Shown here: positions 38,359-47,682 of the stretch, piece after piece
How the letters are laid out: every line of letters begins with the position of its first letter
How positions within the stretch are numbered: position 1 is the stretch's first letter
NCBI GenBank assembly: GCA_025935925.1
Contig: JAICUI010000001.1
Location: 77,605 to 141,604, forward strand
Origin: Chloroflexota bacterium
GTDB taxonomy: Bacteria; Chloroflexota; Limnocylindria; Limnocylindrales; CSP1-4
Reading direction: 5' to 3'
Length of the DNA stretch: 64,000 nucleotides
Program-made: the position numbers and the translations under genes
Notes under the pieces: generated by a model
What the model saw: the letters and a program-made list of their open reading frames with translations, nothing else
What the model was told of the DNA's origin: nothing
The model's database searches: none

Positions 38359-39666
38359 TCAGGCAGGATCGGGGATCGGCGGCGGCGGCGTCGCCGCCGG
38401 GCCCGTCCGCGGCTCCGGCGACGCCGCGCGCCGGAACAGCGCCCATGCGAGCACGGCCGCCACGAGCGTGATCGTGGCGCCCATCGCGAATACGGTGCGC
38501 ATCCCGACGACGTCGGCGAGGATCCCGGCAGCGGCCATCGACGCGATCGTCGCCGTCTGGATCGCGGCATTGAGCGCCCCGGCCACGCGGCCGCGCGTCG
38601 CGTCCGTGGTCGACCGCTGCACGATCGTCATCGTCGTCGCCTGGACGGGCATCACGAACGCGCCGACGGCGAACAGGATGGGCAACAGCGCGAGCGGGCC
38701 CGGAGCGATCGCGAGCAGGGCGATGCAGGCCGCGACGCCCGCGAGCCCGCCCGTGAACAGCCGCGGCGCGCTGACGCGCGCGGCGAGGCCGGCGAGCACC
38801 ACGCCGGACACGACCATCGAGAGCGTCTGCGCGCCCTCCAGCAGCCCGGCCCACGCGGGGCTCGCGCCGAGCTCGTCGACCAGGAACGGGATGAACAGGA
38901 CGTTGATCGCGCCGATGCCGAGCATCGTCACGGCGACGCCGCCGAGGGCCGCGAGCAGCGGGCCGCTGCGCGCGATCACGCCGAGTCCTTCGGCGACGGC
39001 CGACGCCAAGCCGCGCGCCCGGACCGCGGCGACGGCGTCGGCCGCCGGCCTGCCCAGGTCGCGCGACACGCCGACGACGACGACGGCCGACACGAGGAAG
39101 CTCGCGGCGTCCACGACGAACACCGGCCAGACGACGCCGGCCGTCCCGGCGATGACGCCCGTCACGGTCCCGCCGACCACGCTGCCCGCCATCCGCGTGA
39201 CCTGGCCGAGCGAGTTCGCGGCGAGCAGCCCGTCGCGTGGCACCGCCCGCGGCAGCATCGCGATCCGTGCCGGCGAGAAGAACGTGCCGATCACGGCCTG
39301 CACCGTGGCCAGCGCGAACATCGCCGGCAGCGACCCGGCCAGGACGGCCGGGACGAGGAGCAGGACGACGCCCGCTCGCGCGCTGTCCGACACGACCATG
39401 ATCCGGCGCCGGTCGGCGCGGTCTGCCCAGGCACCGGCAAACAGCCCGATGGTCACGGGCGGGAGGGCGATCAGGATCGACATCAGCGCGATCGCCGCCG
39501 CGGATCCGGTGAGGTGGAGCACGGCCAGGAACAGCGCGAGGTAGGTCATCCCGTCCCCGACGTCCGAGATGGCCTGCGCGACGTACAGGCGGCGGAAGTC
39601 CCGGAGTCGCAGGAGGTCGCGTGTCCCGGTGGGGCGCGCTGTCGCGGCAGCGGTCGGCTCAGGCAC
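38359..39666 (-). CDS. MFS transporter (macrolide-efflux/EntS-like)
   Basis: FRRLYVAQAISDVGD, GAWADRADRRRIM, GRVAG; about 12 TM; GTG overlaps the regulator's 3' end. Confidence 0.9.
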   Translation of the reverse strand: MPEPTAAATARPTGTRDLLRLRDFRRLYVAQAISDVGDGMTYLALFLAVLHLTGSAAAIALMSILIALPPVTIGLFAGAWADRADRRRIMVVSDSARAGVVLLLVPAVLAGSLPAMFALATVQAVIGTFFSPARIAMLPRAVPRDGLLAANSLGQVTRMAGSVVGGTVTGVIAGTAGVVWPVFVVDAASFLVSAVVVVGVSRDLGRPAADAVAAVRARGLASAVAEGLGVIARSGPLLAALGGVAVTMLGIGAINVLFIPFLVDELGASPAWAGLLEGAQTLSMVVSGVVLAGLAARVSAPRLFTGGLAGVAACIALLAIAPGPLALLPILFAVGAFVMPVQATTMTIVQRSTTDATRGRVAGALNAAIQTATIASMAAAGILADVVGMRTVFAMGATITLVAAVLAWALFRRAASPEPRTGPAATPPPPIPDPA

Positions 39667-40294
39667 CGGTCGGCTCCGTGGCCGTGACGGGATAGACGGC
39701 GAGGACGATCCCCCAGGGCTGGGCGCCGTCGGCGGGGTCGGCGTCGTCGAACTCGGCCTCGAGCTCGAGCAGGCGGCGGCGCAGCTCGGCGGCTCGCTCG
39801 GGCGTGAGCTGGACGAGGCCGCGCGTAACGAGCATCCGGTCGTCGCCACCCGGCCCGGCGACGGCGGCGCCCGCGCGGATCGCCTGCTCGACCTCGTCCC
39901 GGGCCGTGTCGAACACCGCGACGAGGGTGTCGTGCAGGACGGCCCGCGTCGCCTCGTCGGCCTCCGCCGCGAACATCCGCCGGTCGAGCTGGAACGTCAG
40001 GGCCGCCGGCCGGTAGCGGGTCTCGATGATCCCCGAGACGACGCGGCGTTCGACGGCCCGGATGAGGTCGTGGGCGAGCAGCTGGTCGACGTGGTGGTAC
40101 AGGCGCGTCTGCGGCACGCCGAGCGCGCCGGCGAGCTCCTTGACGGACCACGCGGCCTGGCGCTGGACCATCGTCTCCAGGATTCGGACGCGGGTCGGGT
40201 CACCGAGGGCCCGGAGCGTCTCCGGATCCGCGATGCGCTTGACCGGCTCGGGGCGGAAGTCCGGCTCGGGTTCGAAATCGTCGGCGGGCGCCAT
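39659..40294 (-). CDS. ArsR-like winged HTH transcriptional regulator
   Basis: LRALGDPTRVRILE, SVKELA...LYHHVDQL, RVVSGIIETRY. Confidence 0.88.
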   Translation of the reverse strand: MAPADDFEPEPDFRPEPVKRIADPETLRALGDPTRVRILETMVQRQAAWSVKELAGALGVPQTRLYHHVDQLLAHDLIRAVERRVVSGIIETRYRPAALTFQLDRRMFAAEADEATRAVLHDTLVAVFDTARDEVEQAIRAGAAVAGPGGDDRMLVTRGLVQLTPERAAELRRRLLELEAEFDDADPADGAQPWGIVLAVYPVTATEPTGA

Positions 40295-40324
40295 CGTGGT
40301 CGATCGCTCTCCGTGCGCTTACCA

Positions 40325-40372
40325 TTCACAACACGTTGAACGGACAATGCGCGTTGAACGATGACGTGTCAA
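40325..40372 (-). promoter_or_regulatory. Sigma70 promoter with overlapping operator repeats for the ArsR-MFS operon
   Basis: Minus strand TTGACA (40372-40367)-N17-CATTGT; direct repeat CGTTGAACG at 40334 and 40352. Confidence 0.65.
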
Positions 40373-40402
40373 TCCCCGTGTGCCGTCAGCCTCTCGGGCC
40401 CG

Positions 40403-41737
40403 TCAGGCCCGCTCGCGGTCCCGCGTGGCAGCGGCATCGGTCTCGGCCACGGCCGGCGCCTGTGCGATCCGGGCCGCCTCCGTGTCGGCGGTGGCGAGCT
40501 CCGCGAGGCGCTCCTGGAATGGGTCCGGGCGGAGGCTGTCGGCGACGAACCGAGCGTGGTTGAGCAGCCCGCCGGCCTCGCGCTTGTACGTCCGCTCGGC
40601 CATCGCGTGGAGGCGTCCCTCGATCAGCGCGAGCTGCTCGTCGAGCACCTGGCGGGCCGAGCGCCCGTCGAGGACCGGCTCCAGGGCGAGCTCGGACGGC
40701 AGCGCCAGGTAGTGCTCGAGGGCGCGCGGCAGGTAGTCGATGCAGATCTGGCGCACCAGCCACGTCTCGTGGTCGGTCAGGTCGAGCGCGCCCTCGTCGG
40801 GCGTGAGCGCCAGGGCGGCCTCCTCGCGGATCCGCCGCAGGGCCGCGACGTCCTCCGCCGCGACGATGCCCTCGACGCGCGTCGCAAGCCGATCGAGGGC
40901 GGCGATGATCTCGGCCTGCGTCCGAGGGTCCCCCTCCTCGACGAGCCGGATGGTGCGGCCCTCGTTGACGGGCGCGGGCTCGCGCGTCGTCTCGGTTGCC
41001 GTTGCCTCGGGCCTCCACAGCGCGGACGCTCGCGCCGCCTGGGGCAGCGCCGCGCGCGCCAGCTCGAGCTGGATCCTGCCCGCCCTCCGGCTGCGCTCGG
41101 CCGCCGCGATCCTGTCGCCGAGGGATCCGCCGATCGCGAGGATGGCGACCGGCAGCACCCAGGCGATGCCGCCCAACATGCCGCTCACGAGCGCGACCGC
41201 CGTGATCCCGGCACCGATCAGCCCGGCGAACCGGACAACCGAGGCCGTCGAGGACGACGGGGACGTGCGATCGGCGAGCGCCAGCGCCTCCTTGCGCGTC
41301 GGCGGCGCGATGTCGACGTGCCCGCCTGCCTGGGCGGTCATGAGCGCCTGCTCGAGGGACGTCAGCCGCGCCTTGTACGCCAGCCGCTCGCTCGCCTCGT
41401 CGGCCACCGCCGTCACTGCCGTGACGACCGCGGAGGCCGCGTCGCCGGCCGCCTCGAGGAAGCTGCCGCCGCCCGACCGGCGGGCCGCGCGGAGCTCCAC
41501 CTCACGCGCCTTGCCGGCGGCGCGATCGGCCCGGCGGGCGGCGCGTTCCGCGCGCTCGCGGGCGCGCTGGACCTCGCGGTCGATCCTGGCGGCCGGCCGG
41601 GAGGACCAGAAGGAAGGCGGCGTCGGCGGCGTCGGCGGCGTCGAGCCCGGCGGCGTCGCCCCGGGGCGCGGGCTACCGGCGGGCGGCTGTTGCCCGGAGC
41701 CGGGACGCGGGGGTGGTTGGAGCGGGTCCTGTGGCAC
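40403..41737 (-). CDS. Hypothetical membrane protein (coiled-coil, 2 TM, conserved helical C-terminal domain)
   Basis: TM pair FAGLIGAG...VAILAIGG; C-terminal VRQICIDYLPRALEHYLALP...LDEQLALIE motif. Confidence 0.7.
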   Translation of the reverse strand: MPQDPLQPPPRPGSGQQPPAGSPRPGATPPGSTPPTPPTPPSFWSSRPAARIDREVQRARERAERAARRADRAAGKAREVELRAARRSGGGSFLEAAGDAASAVVTAVTAVADEASERLAYKARLTSLEQALMTAQAGGHVDIAPPTRKEALALADRTSPSSSTASVVRFAGLIGAGITAVALVSGMLGGIAWVLPVAILAIGGSLGDRIAAAERSRRAGRIQLELARAALPQAARASALWRPEATATETTREPAPVNEGRTIRLVEEGDPRTQAEIIAALDRLATRVEGIVAAEDVAALRRIREEAALALTPDEGALDLTDHETWLVRQICIDYLPRALEHYLALPSELALEPVLDGRSARQVLDEQLALIEGRLHAMAERTYKREAGGLLNHARFVADSLRPDPFQERLAELATADTEAARIAQAPAVAETDAAATRDRERA

Positions 41738-41810
41738 GGTCTAGAAGGTGCGGCATCGGGGTCGCTGGCGCAATCGCACGCGCGCCATCGCATTGGTGCA
41801 CGATTCTTGC

Positions 41811-42647
41811 ATGCCGCACCGAACTGCCGCCGTGGACCCGGCGTGGCGAGCGATCCGCGCCGCCGCCCCAGCTGCCGTGGCGGGTCCCGCGCACGCTCGC
41901 GTCACGTTCCTCGGCCACTCGACGCTGCTCATCGAGGTCGACGACCCCCGCATCCTGACGGACCCGGTCCTGCGCGACGGCATGGGTCCGATCCGCCGCC
42001 AGGTCAAGGCCGTGCTCCCGGAGCTGTTCGCGGACCTCGACGCCGTGTTCATCAGCCATGGCCACCACGACCACCTTGACCTCGCGTCGCTGCGCCAGAT
42101 CCCCGGCAAGCCGACGCTGATCGTGCCGCGCGGCTTCGGCCGGGTCGTCGCCCGGCTGCCGCTGGGACCCGTGGAGGAGGTCGAGCCGGGCGATCGCCTC
42201 TCGATCGACCGCGTCCGGTTCGAGGTCGTGCAGGCGCGGCACTCCGGGAAGCGCGAGCCCATCGGTCCCGTGGGTCCCGCCATCGGCTGCGTCATCGAGG
42301 GCTCGAAGACGGTCTACTTCCCGGGCGACACGGATCTCTTCCCGGAGATGGACGAGCTCGCCGGCCGGCTGGACCTCGCGCTGCTGCCGGTGTGGGGCTG
42401 GGGCGCGACGATCGGCCCCGGGCACATGGACCCGCAGCGCGCCGCCGAAGCCGTTGCCCGCCTGCGCCCGCGGCTCGCGATCCCGATCCACTGGGGCACG
42501 TTCTACCCGGCGGGTCTGCGCGGCTGGATGCCGGCGCCGTTCGAGACGCCCGGACCGTCGTTCGTGGAGGCCGCGGGCAGGCTCGCGCCCGACGTGGCCG
42601 TGCGGCTGCTGGCGCCGGGCGAGTCCGTCGACCTCCTCGCGGGCTGA
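41811..42647 (+). CDS. MBL-fold metallo-hydrolase (UlaG/NAPE-PLD-like)
   Basis: FLGHSTLLI, LTDP, ISHGHHDH, YFPGDT, PIHWGT. Confidence 0.92.
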   Translation: MPHRTAAVDPAWRAIRAAAPAAVAGPAHARVTFLGHSTLLIEVDDPRILTDPVLRDGMGPIRRQVKAVLPELFADLDAVFISHGHHDHLDLASLRQIPGKPTLIVPRGFGRVVARLPLGPVEEVEPGDRLSIDRVRFEVVQARHSGKREPIGPVGPAIGCVIEGSKTVYFPGDTDLFPEMDELAGRLDLALLPVWGWGATIGPGHMDPQRAAEAVARLRPRLAIPIHWGTFYPAGLRGWMPAPFETPGPSFVEAAGRLAPDVAVRLLAPGESVDLLAG

Positions 42648-42723
42648 TCGCCCGGCACGCCACGAGGCCCCGCCGGCGATCGACGGGGCCTCGGTGGGAG
42701 GGGGAGGAAGCGGAGCTGGCGGT

Positions 42724-42843
42724 CTAGGCGAACGCGACGTGGGCCAGCACGCCGAGCGCCATGAAGACCATCACCATCACCAGCAGCAGCGTCGGGAGGA
42801 CGCTGGCGCTGTTCGCCTGGAAGTACGGGGTCTGTGCGGACAT
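42724..42843 (-). CDS. 39-aa single-TM microprotein
   Basis: GAAAGGAG RBS; MSAQTPYFQANSASVLPTLLLVMVMVFMALGVLAHVAFA*. Confidence 0.65.
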   Translation of the reverse strand: MSAQTPYFQANSASVLPTLLLVMVMVFMALGVLAHVAFA

Positions 42844-43067
42844 CTCGCGTCTCCTTTCGGTCCTGCGGGTCCGGCGCTCGGTGCGCCGGTCGATGTCCAC
42901 ATGGTGTCCCTCGCCTCGGGGCGCGCCCACCGTCACGCGTGGCGCCGCAGTGGCCATGAACGACCGCACCGGGCATGGACGGATGTCAGCCCGGGTCGCG
43001 GAGATGCGACGACCCGCGTGGACCGGGGTCGCACGCGGGTCGGAGGCGGCGTGAGCGGCGCGGGCGG

Positions 43068-43967
43068 CTAGCCGTGCGAGGCGGTCACCGCGCGGTCGCC
43101 GGTGCCGTCCGCCGTGGACGGCTCGTCGACGACGAGGGTGGTGGGCTCGATGCCGCCGCTCTGCCCGGGGAGCGGCTCGCGGACGATCGACGACGGGTCC
43201 GTGACCGGCGCGTCGCCGACCGGCATCACCGGGACCATCTCGCGATCCGTGATCCCGACCGGGTCCGTGGCGGGGGACGAGGGCTGGCCGATGCCGCGCT
43301 CCGCGGCCATCGACTTCGCGCGCGACGAGAGCTCCCGGGATCGATCGGCGACCCGCCGGGTCACCTGGTCCTTGAACCGGCTGATCTGCGCCCGGCGCTG
43401 GGCGCCGCGCTGCGGGTCCATCAGGACCGCGGCTGCGATGCCCGCGCCGATCCCGATCGCGAGGCCGCCGACCACGTAGATCGTCCGCGTCCGCACGCGG
43501 CCGCGCTCGAAGGCGCGGTCGTAGCGGTCCTTGTCCGTGTCGGGGAGCTCGCGCTCGAGCCGCGCGACGGCGCCCTTGAACTGCGCGGCGGGCATCGCCG
43601 ACCGGAGCCGCTGGGCGATCTCGTCGACGCGTGCGTCGACCTTGCGGTCGTTGGTGGACTTCGACCACTCGCGGACGACGTCCCGGACGAGGTCGGCGAT
43701 GGTCTCGAGCCGCTCGCGCGCGGCGTCCGAGGCGTCCTTCACGGTGTCCGACGCGTCCTTCATGGCGCCCTTCGCCGCGTCGGCGGCGTCCTTGGCGGCG
43801 TCGGACACGCTGGATGCGGCGTCCGAGACGCCCGAGCTCGCATCGCTCGCCCATGCACCCGGGTCGATGCCGTTGGTCGAGGGCACGTGGTCGCGGGCGT
43901 TGCTGGCGATGTCGCCGAGATCGATGGTGATGCCGTTCCGGTCGCGGATCCGGTCAAGGACGGCCAT
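43068..43967 (-). CDS. YtxH-like domain protein with LEA/apolipoprotein-like helical repeats
   Basis: AGGAGG RBS; SDAASS/DAAKDAAD repeats; GLAIGIGAGIAAAVLMDPQRGAQRR. Confidence 0.7.
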   Translation of the reverse strand: MAVLDRIRDRNGITIDLGDIASNARDHVPSTNGIDPGAWASDASSGVSDAASSVSDAAKDAADAAKGAMKDASDTVKDASDAARERLETIADLVRDVVREWSKSTNDRKVDARVDEIAQRLRSAMPAAQFKGAVARLERELPDTDKDRYDRAFERGRVRTRTIYVVGGLAIGIGAGIAAAVLMDPQRGAQRRAQISRFKDQVTRRVADRSRELSSRAKSMAAERGIGQPSSPATDPVGITDREMVPVMPVGDAPVTDPSSIVREPLPGQSGGIEPTTLVVDEPSTADGTGDRAVTASHG

Positions 43968-44153
43968 GGGGAGCCCCTCCTGCGCGGGTTTTCCGCACCA
44001 TGCGCCGCCCTGCATCGCGGCGTCCCCGGCGAGGTCTGCCGGGTGGTGACGGGCACGTTGCAGGCTACGCCGTTCCGTGTCTCCTGCCCACCCCCGTTTT
44101 CGGGACGGTGCCATCTCGAGACGCCGCCCGTGGCCCGCGATGTCGAACGGGGA

Positions 44154-44182
44154 TTGACAATATGGAAAGGCGACCTTATAAA
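44154..44182 (+). promoter_or_regulatory. Near-consensus sigma70 promoter of the DUF2089 operon
   Basis: TTGACA (44154)-N17-TATAAA (44177) in an AT-rich patch; AAGG-CGA-CCTT palindrome in the spacer. Confidence 0.8.
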
Positions 44183-44218
44183 AGCGAAAGTCCGGTTACT
44201 ACATACGAGGTCGCACGA

Positions 44219-44653
44219 GTGCCCCATGACGTCATCGCCACCTGCCCCGTCTGCTCGGGCGAGCTCGCGGTCACGCGGCTCCGCTGCGGGACGTGCGGGA
44301 CGACGATCGAGGGCGAGTTCGGCGTCGGCCGCTTCGCCCGCCTGAGCCGCGACCAGATGCAGGTGCTCGAAAGCTTCCTGCGCAGCCGCGGCAACCTTCG
44401 GGACATGGAGCGGGAGCTCCAGATCAGCTACCCCACGGTCCGTGCGCGCGTCGAGGCCCTCGTTCGCGCCCTCGGCTTCGGGCCGCGGGACGAGGCCGAC
44501 GGCGACCCCCAGCCCGCGGCCGTCGACGCCGCTCCGACGGGCGCCGCGGTCCTGGCCGCCCGGCGCGAGATCCTCGAGCGACTGGCCAGGCACGAGCTGA
44601 GCGCCGAGGACGCCGCCGAGGCGATCCGCGAGCTCGGGAGGACGCCTCGATGA
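44219..44653 (+). CDS. DUF2089 family (Zn-ribbon + HTH + SHOCT-like) regulator
   Basis: CPVC...CGTCGTTIEGEF, RGNLRDMERELQISYPTVRAR, REILERLARHELSAEDA. Confidence 0.9.
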   Translation: MPHDVIATCPVCSGELAVTRLRCGTCGTTIEGEFGVGRFARLSRDQMQVLESFLRSRGNLRDMERELQISYPTVRARVEALVRALGFGPRDEADGDPQPAAVDAAPTGAAVLAARREILERLARHELSAEDAAEAIRELGRTPR

Positions 44654-45843
44654 CCCACACCTCCGCCGCCAACGCCGGCACGTCCCGGGAGCTGTCCCTG
44701 GAGCCCGGCACCTCGGTCGACATCCTGCTCACCTCCGGCAGCCTCGTCCTTCGCGGCACCGCGGACGACCGCGTGATCGTTCGCGCGCTCGACGGCGATG
44801 CGCTGGACGACGACGTCCGCGTCGACCTCGAAGCCGGCGTCCTCCGCATCCGTGACGCCGCGTCGGCGTGGAAGGTCGGACCGTTCAGCATCTCGACGCG
44901 CCGGTCGCGTGACCTCGCGATCGACGTGCCGCGGACCGCGCCCGTGGCGCTTCGGACGCTCAGCGGCGACGTCGTCGCCTCGGGCGTCGCGGCGGACAGC
45001 CGCTGGGCGACCGCGTCGGGCGACCTGCGCGTCTCGGTCGAGGGTGGCCAGGTCCACCTCGAGACGATGTCCGGCGACGCGACGCTCGATGCCATCGCGC
45101 CCGTCACGATCGACGCCCGGACGGTGTCCGGTGACCTCCGGATCCGCGCGCCTCGCGTCGCGACCCTGCACGCCAGCTCGACCAGCGGCGACGTCCGGTT
45201 CGACGGCGAGCTCGACGCGGGCAGCGAGCACCAGATCAGCTCGGTGTCGGGGGACGTGGAGCTCGCGACGAACAGCCCGATCCGCGTCACCGCCGACACG
45301 ATCACGGGCGAGGTCAGCGCCGCCGGCCCGCACCGGTCCGAGGGGTCGCGCGGCCACCGGACGCTGGTCGTCGGCGACGGTTCCGTGACGGTCTCCGTTC
45401 GGACCACGTCGGGCGACGTCCGGCTCCGCCAGGCCGACACGGCTCGTGACGAGAGTGCGCCCCGCGCGACGGCGGCGCCCGCGGCGCCCGCAGCACCTGC
45501 GCATCCGGTGGCGCCCGTGGTGCCGGTGGCGCCCGTCGCGCCCGTGGCGCCAGCGCCGCCGCTCGCCCCCGGAACCGCGACGGGCGAGCCGCCCACGGCG
45601 GCGACCGCGGCCGCGGCGGCGACCCCGGCCGCGGGCTCCGCGGAGTCGTCGCCGCGCCCGGTCGACGCCGAGGAGGACACGCACGCGTGGAACGCGCCCG
45701 GGCCGATCGTCGACCGCCGCGAGGCGGACCGGCTCGAGGTGCTCCGTGCCCTCGAGCGCGGCGATCTCGACATCGAGAGCGCCGCCCGCCGGCTCGAGAC
45801 GCTCGAGCAGGCCGGCCCGCGCTACTTCCGGGGGTGGTGCTGA
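44650..45843 (+). CDS. DUF4097 beta-strand repeat protein (YvlB-like) with C-terminal SHOCT-like motif
   Basis: Repeated TxSGD motifs; RLEVLRALERGDLDIESA. Confidence 0.85.
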   Translation: MTHTSAANAGTSRELSLEPGTSVDILLTSGSLVLRGTADDRVIVRALDGDALDDDVRVDLEAGVLRIRDAASAWKVGPFSISTRRSRDLAIDVPRTAPVALRTLSGDVVASGVAADSRWATASGDLRVSVEGGQVHLETMSGDATLDAIAPVTIDARTVSGDLRIRAPRVATLHASSTSGDVRFDGELDAGSEHQISSVSGDVELATNSPIRVTADTITGEVSAAGPHRSEGSRGHRTLVVGDGSVTVSVRTTSGDVRLRQADTARDESAPRATAAPAAPAAPAHPVAPVVPVAPVAPVAPAPPLAPGTATGEPPTAATAAAAATPAAGSAESSPRPVDAEEDTHAWNAPGPIVDRREADRLEVLRALERGDLDIESAARRLETLEQAGPRYFRGWC

Positions 45844-46244
45844 TGGACGCGAGGGACCCGCTCGAGCGCGTGCTGCAGCTCGTCGCCGACGGGCGGCTGT
45901 CGGCCGAGGAGGCGGGCCCGATCATCGCCGCCCTCGACGAGCGCGGACCCGGCGTGTCGGCCGGCGAGGCGGGCCGGCCGGGTGGTTCGACGACGGCCGG
46001 GACGTCGTCCGGCGAGCCGCCCCGGCCCGGCCAGGGCCACCTTCGCCTCGAGGTGACGGAACGCGGTCGCCAGGTCGTGAACCTGCGGCTCCCGCTCGCC
46101 GTCGGCCAATGGGCGATCGATCGCGTTCCCGGCCTGTCCGGCGACCAGGTGGACCGGGTCCGCGAGGCGCTGTCCACCGGCATGCACGGGCCGATCCTCG
46201 TGGTCGACGACGGCGATGACGTCGTCCGGATCGTCGTCGAATGA
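45843..46244 (+). CDS. SHOCT-like domain protein
   Basis: LERVLQLVADGRLSAEEA; VNLRLPL; DDVVRIVVE; TGATG coupling. Confidence 0.8.
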   Translation: MDARDPLERVLQLVADGRLSAEEAGPIIAALDERGPGVSAGEAGRPGGSTTAGTSSGEPPRPGQGHLRLEVTERGRQVVNLRLPLAVGQWAIDRVPGLSGDQVDRVREALSTGMHGPILVVDDGDDVVRIVVE

Positions 46245-47620
46245 GCCCGCTCGCGGGCGCCCGTTCGCTGCCGATGTGGCGGGCGCTCGCCGTCCGCGAC
46301 TTCCGGCTCCTGTGGTCGAGCGAGGCGGTCTCGGTCATCGGGGACCAGTTCCACTTCGTCGCGCTCGCGTGGCTCGTCATCGACGTCACGAAGTCGGGCC
46401 TCGCGCTCGGCACGATCCTGATCGCGATCGGCGTGCCGCGCGCGCTGATGCTCCTGCCGTTCGGCGTCCTCGCGGATCGCCGGCCGCCGCGGACGCTGAT
46501 GCTCGTCGCGCACCTCGCGCGCGGCGTCATCGTCGGCGCCATCGCGGCGCTCGTGCTGAGCGGCGCCGCGACGCTCCCGCTGCTCGCCGGCCTCGGCGCG
46601 CTGTTCGGCGTGTTCGACGCGCTCTACCTGCCGGCGCAGCAGTCGTTCGTGCCGCGCTCGGTCGAGCCGGACCGGCTCCCGTCCGCGAACTCGCTGCTCC
46701 AGGCGACGCTCCAGCTGTCGACCATCGTCGGTCCGCCGCTGGCCGGCGCGTTCATCGTCGCGGTCGGCACCGGCGCGGCGTTCGTGGTGGACGCCGCCTC
46801 GTTCTTCGCCGCCGCGGCGATCGTGCTCCTGATCTCGGGCCGCGGCGCGGTCACCGCAGGCCTCGATGCCGCCCGGACGGCTCCGCCGGCGGTCATGGCG
46901 GAGGAAGACGCGCCTCCCGCGGTCGCCGAGCCCGGCCCGCGTCCCGGGGCCGCCGACCGCGGCGCGCAACCGTCGTTCCTCGCGGCGATCGGGGAGGGCG
47001 TCCGGTACGTGCTCGGCGATTCGCCGCTCGCGATCACCCTCGTGCTGTCGATGGTGATCAACTTCGCGCTCAACGGCCCGGCGGCCGTCGGGATGCCGTG
47101 GCTCGCCGAAATCCGGTACCACGCGGGTCCCGCGGGTCTCGGTCTCCTGACGGCTGCGTGGGGCGCCGGCGCCCTCGGCGGAACGCTCCTGGCCGGCAAC
47201 CTCCGCGTCGCGCGACCCGGGCGGATTCTGCTCGCGAGCGTCGCCGTGTCGGGGGTCGCGATGCTCGCGGTCGCCGTCGCCCCGTGGCTCGGCCTCGCGA
47301 TGGCGGCGTTCGCGGTGATGGGCGTCATGATCGGCTTCGTCAACATCGTCGCGATCAGCTGGCTGCAGGCGCGAGTCGCGTCGCACATGCTCGGGCGGGT
47401 GATGAGCCTGACGATGCTCGTCGGGTTCGGGATCTCGCCGCTGTCGCTCGGCGTCGCAGGTGCGCTGCTCGACGTGAACGCCCCGCTCCTGTTCGTGGGC
47501 TCCGGGCTGCTGGTCACGGGCGTTGCGATCGCGGCGGCCCTCACGCGTTACCCCGCGGCCTTCGACGCGCCGGCGCCATCGACCATCACGGCGACTGCCG
47601 GGATCCGCGAGACCGCGTAG
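46241..47620 (+). CDS. MFS transporter
   Basis: DFRLLWSSEAVSVIGD, GVLADR, MLGRVMS; about 12 TM. Confidence 0.9.
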   Translation: MSPLAGARSLPMWRALAVRDFRLLWSSEAVSVIGDQFHFVALAWLVIDVTKSGLALGTILIAIGVPRALMLLPFGVLADRRPPRTLMLVAHLARGVIVGAIAALVLSGAATLPLLAGLGALFGVFDALYLPAQQSFVPRSVEPDRLPSANSLLQATLQLSTIVGPPLAGAFIVAVGTGAAFVVDAASFFAAAAIVLLISGRGAVTAGLDAARTAPPAVMAEEDAPPAVAEPGPRPGAADRGAQPSFLAAIGEGVRYVLGDSPLAITLVLSMVINFALNGPAAVGMPWLAEIRYHAGPAGLGLLTAAWGAGALGGTLLAGNLRVARPGRILLASVAVSGVAMLAVAVAPWLGLAMAAFAVMGVMIGFVNIVAISWLQARVASHMLGRVMSLTMLVGFGISPLSLGVAGALLDVNAPLLFVGSGLLVTGVAIAAALTRYPAAFDAPAPSTITATAGIRETA

Positions 47621-47682
47621 CGGAGGCAGGCGGCGTCAGCGCGGTCGCGGCAGGGCGTGGCCGGCGCGATTCCGCCGTCGCC

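Noticed and set aside
41811..42647. Metallo-beta-lactamase resistance gene
   Set aside because: HxHxDH with GDT and PIHWGT motifs indicates the UlaG/NAPE-PLD-like branch.
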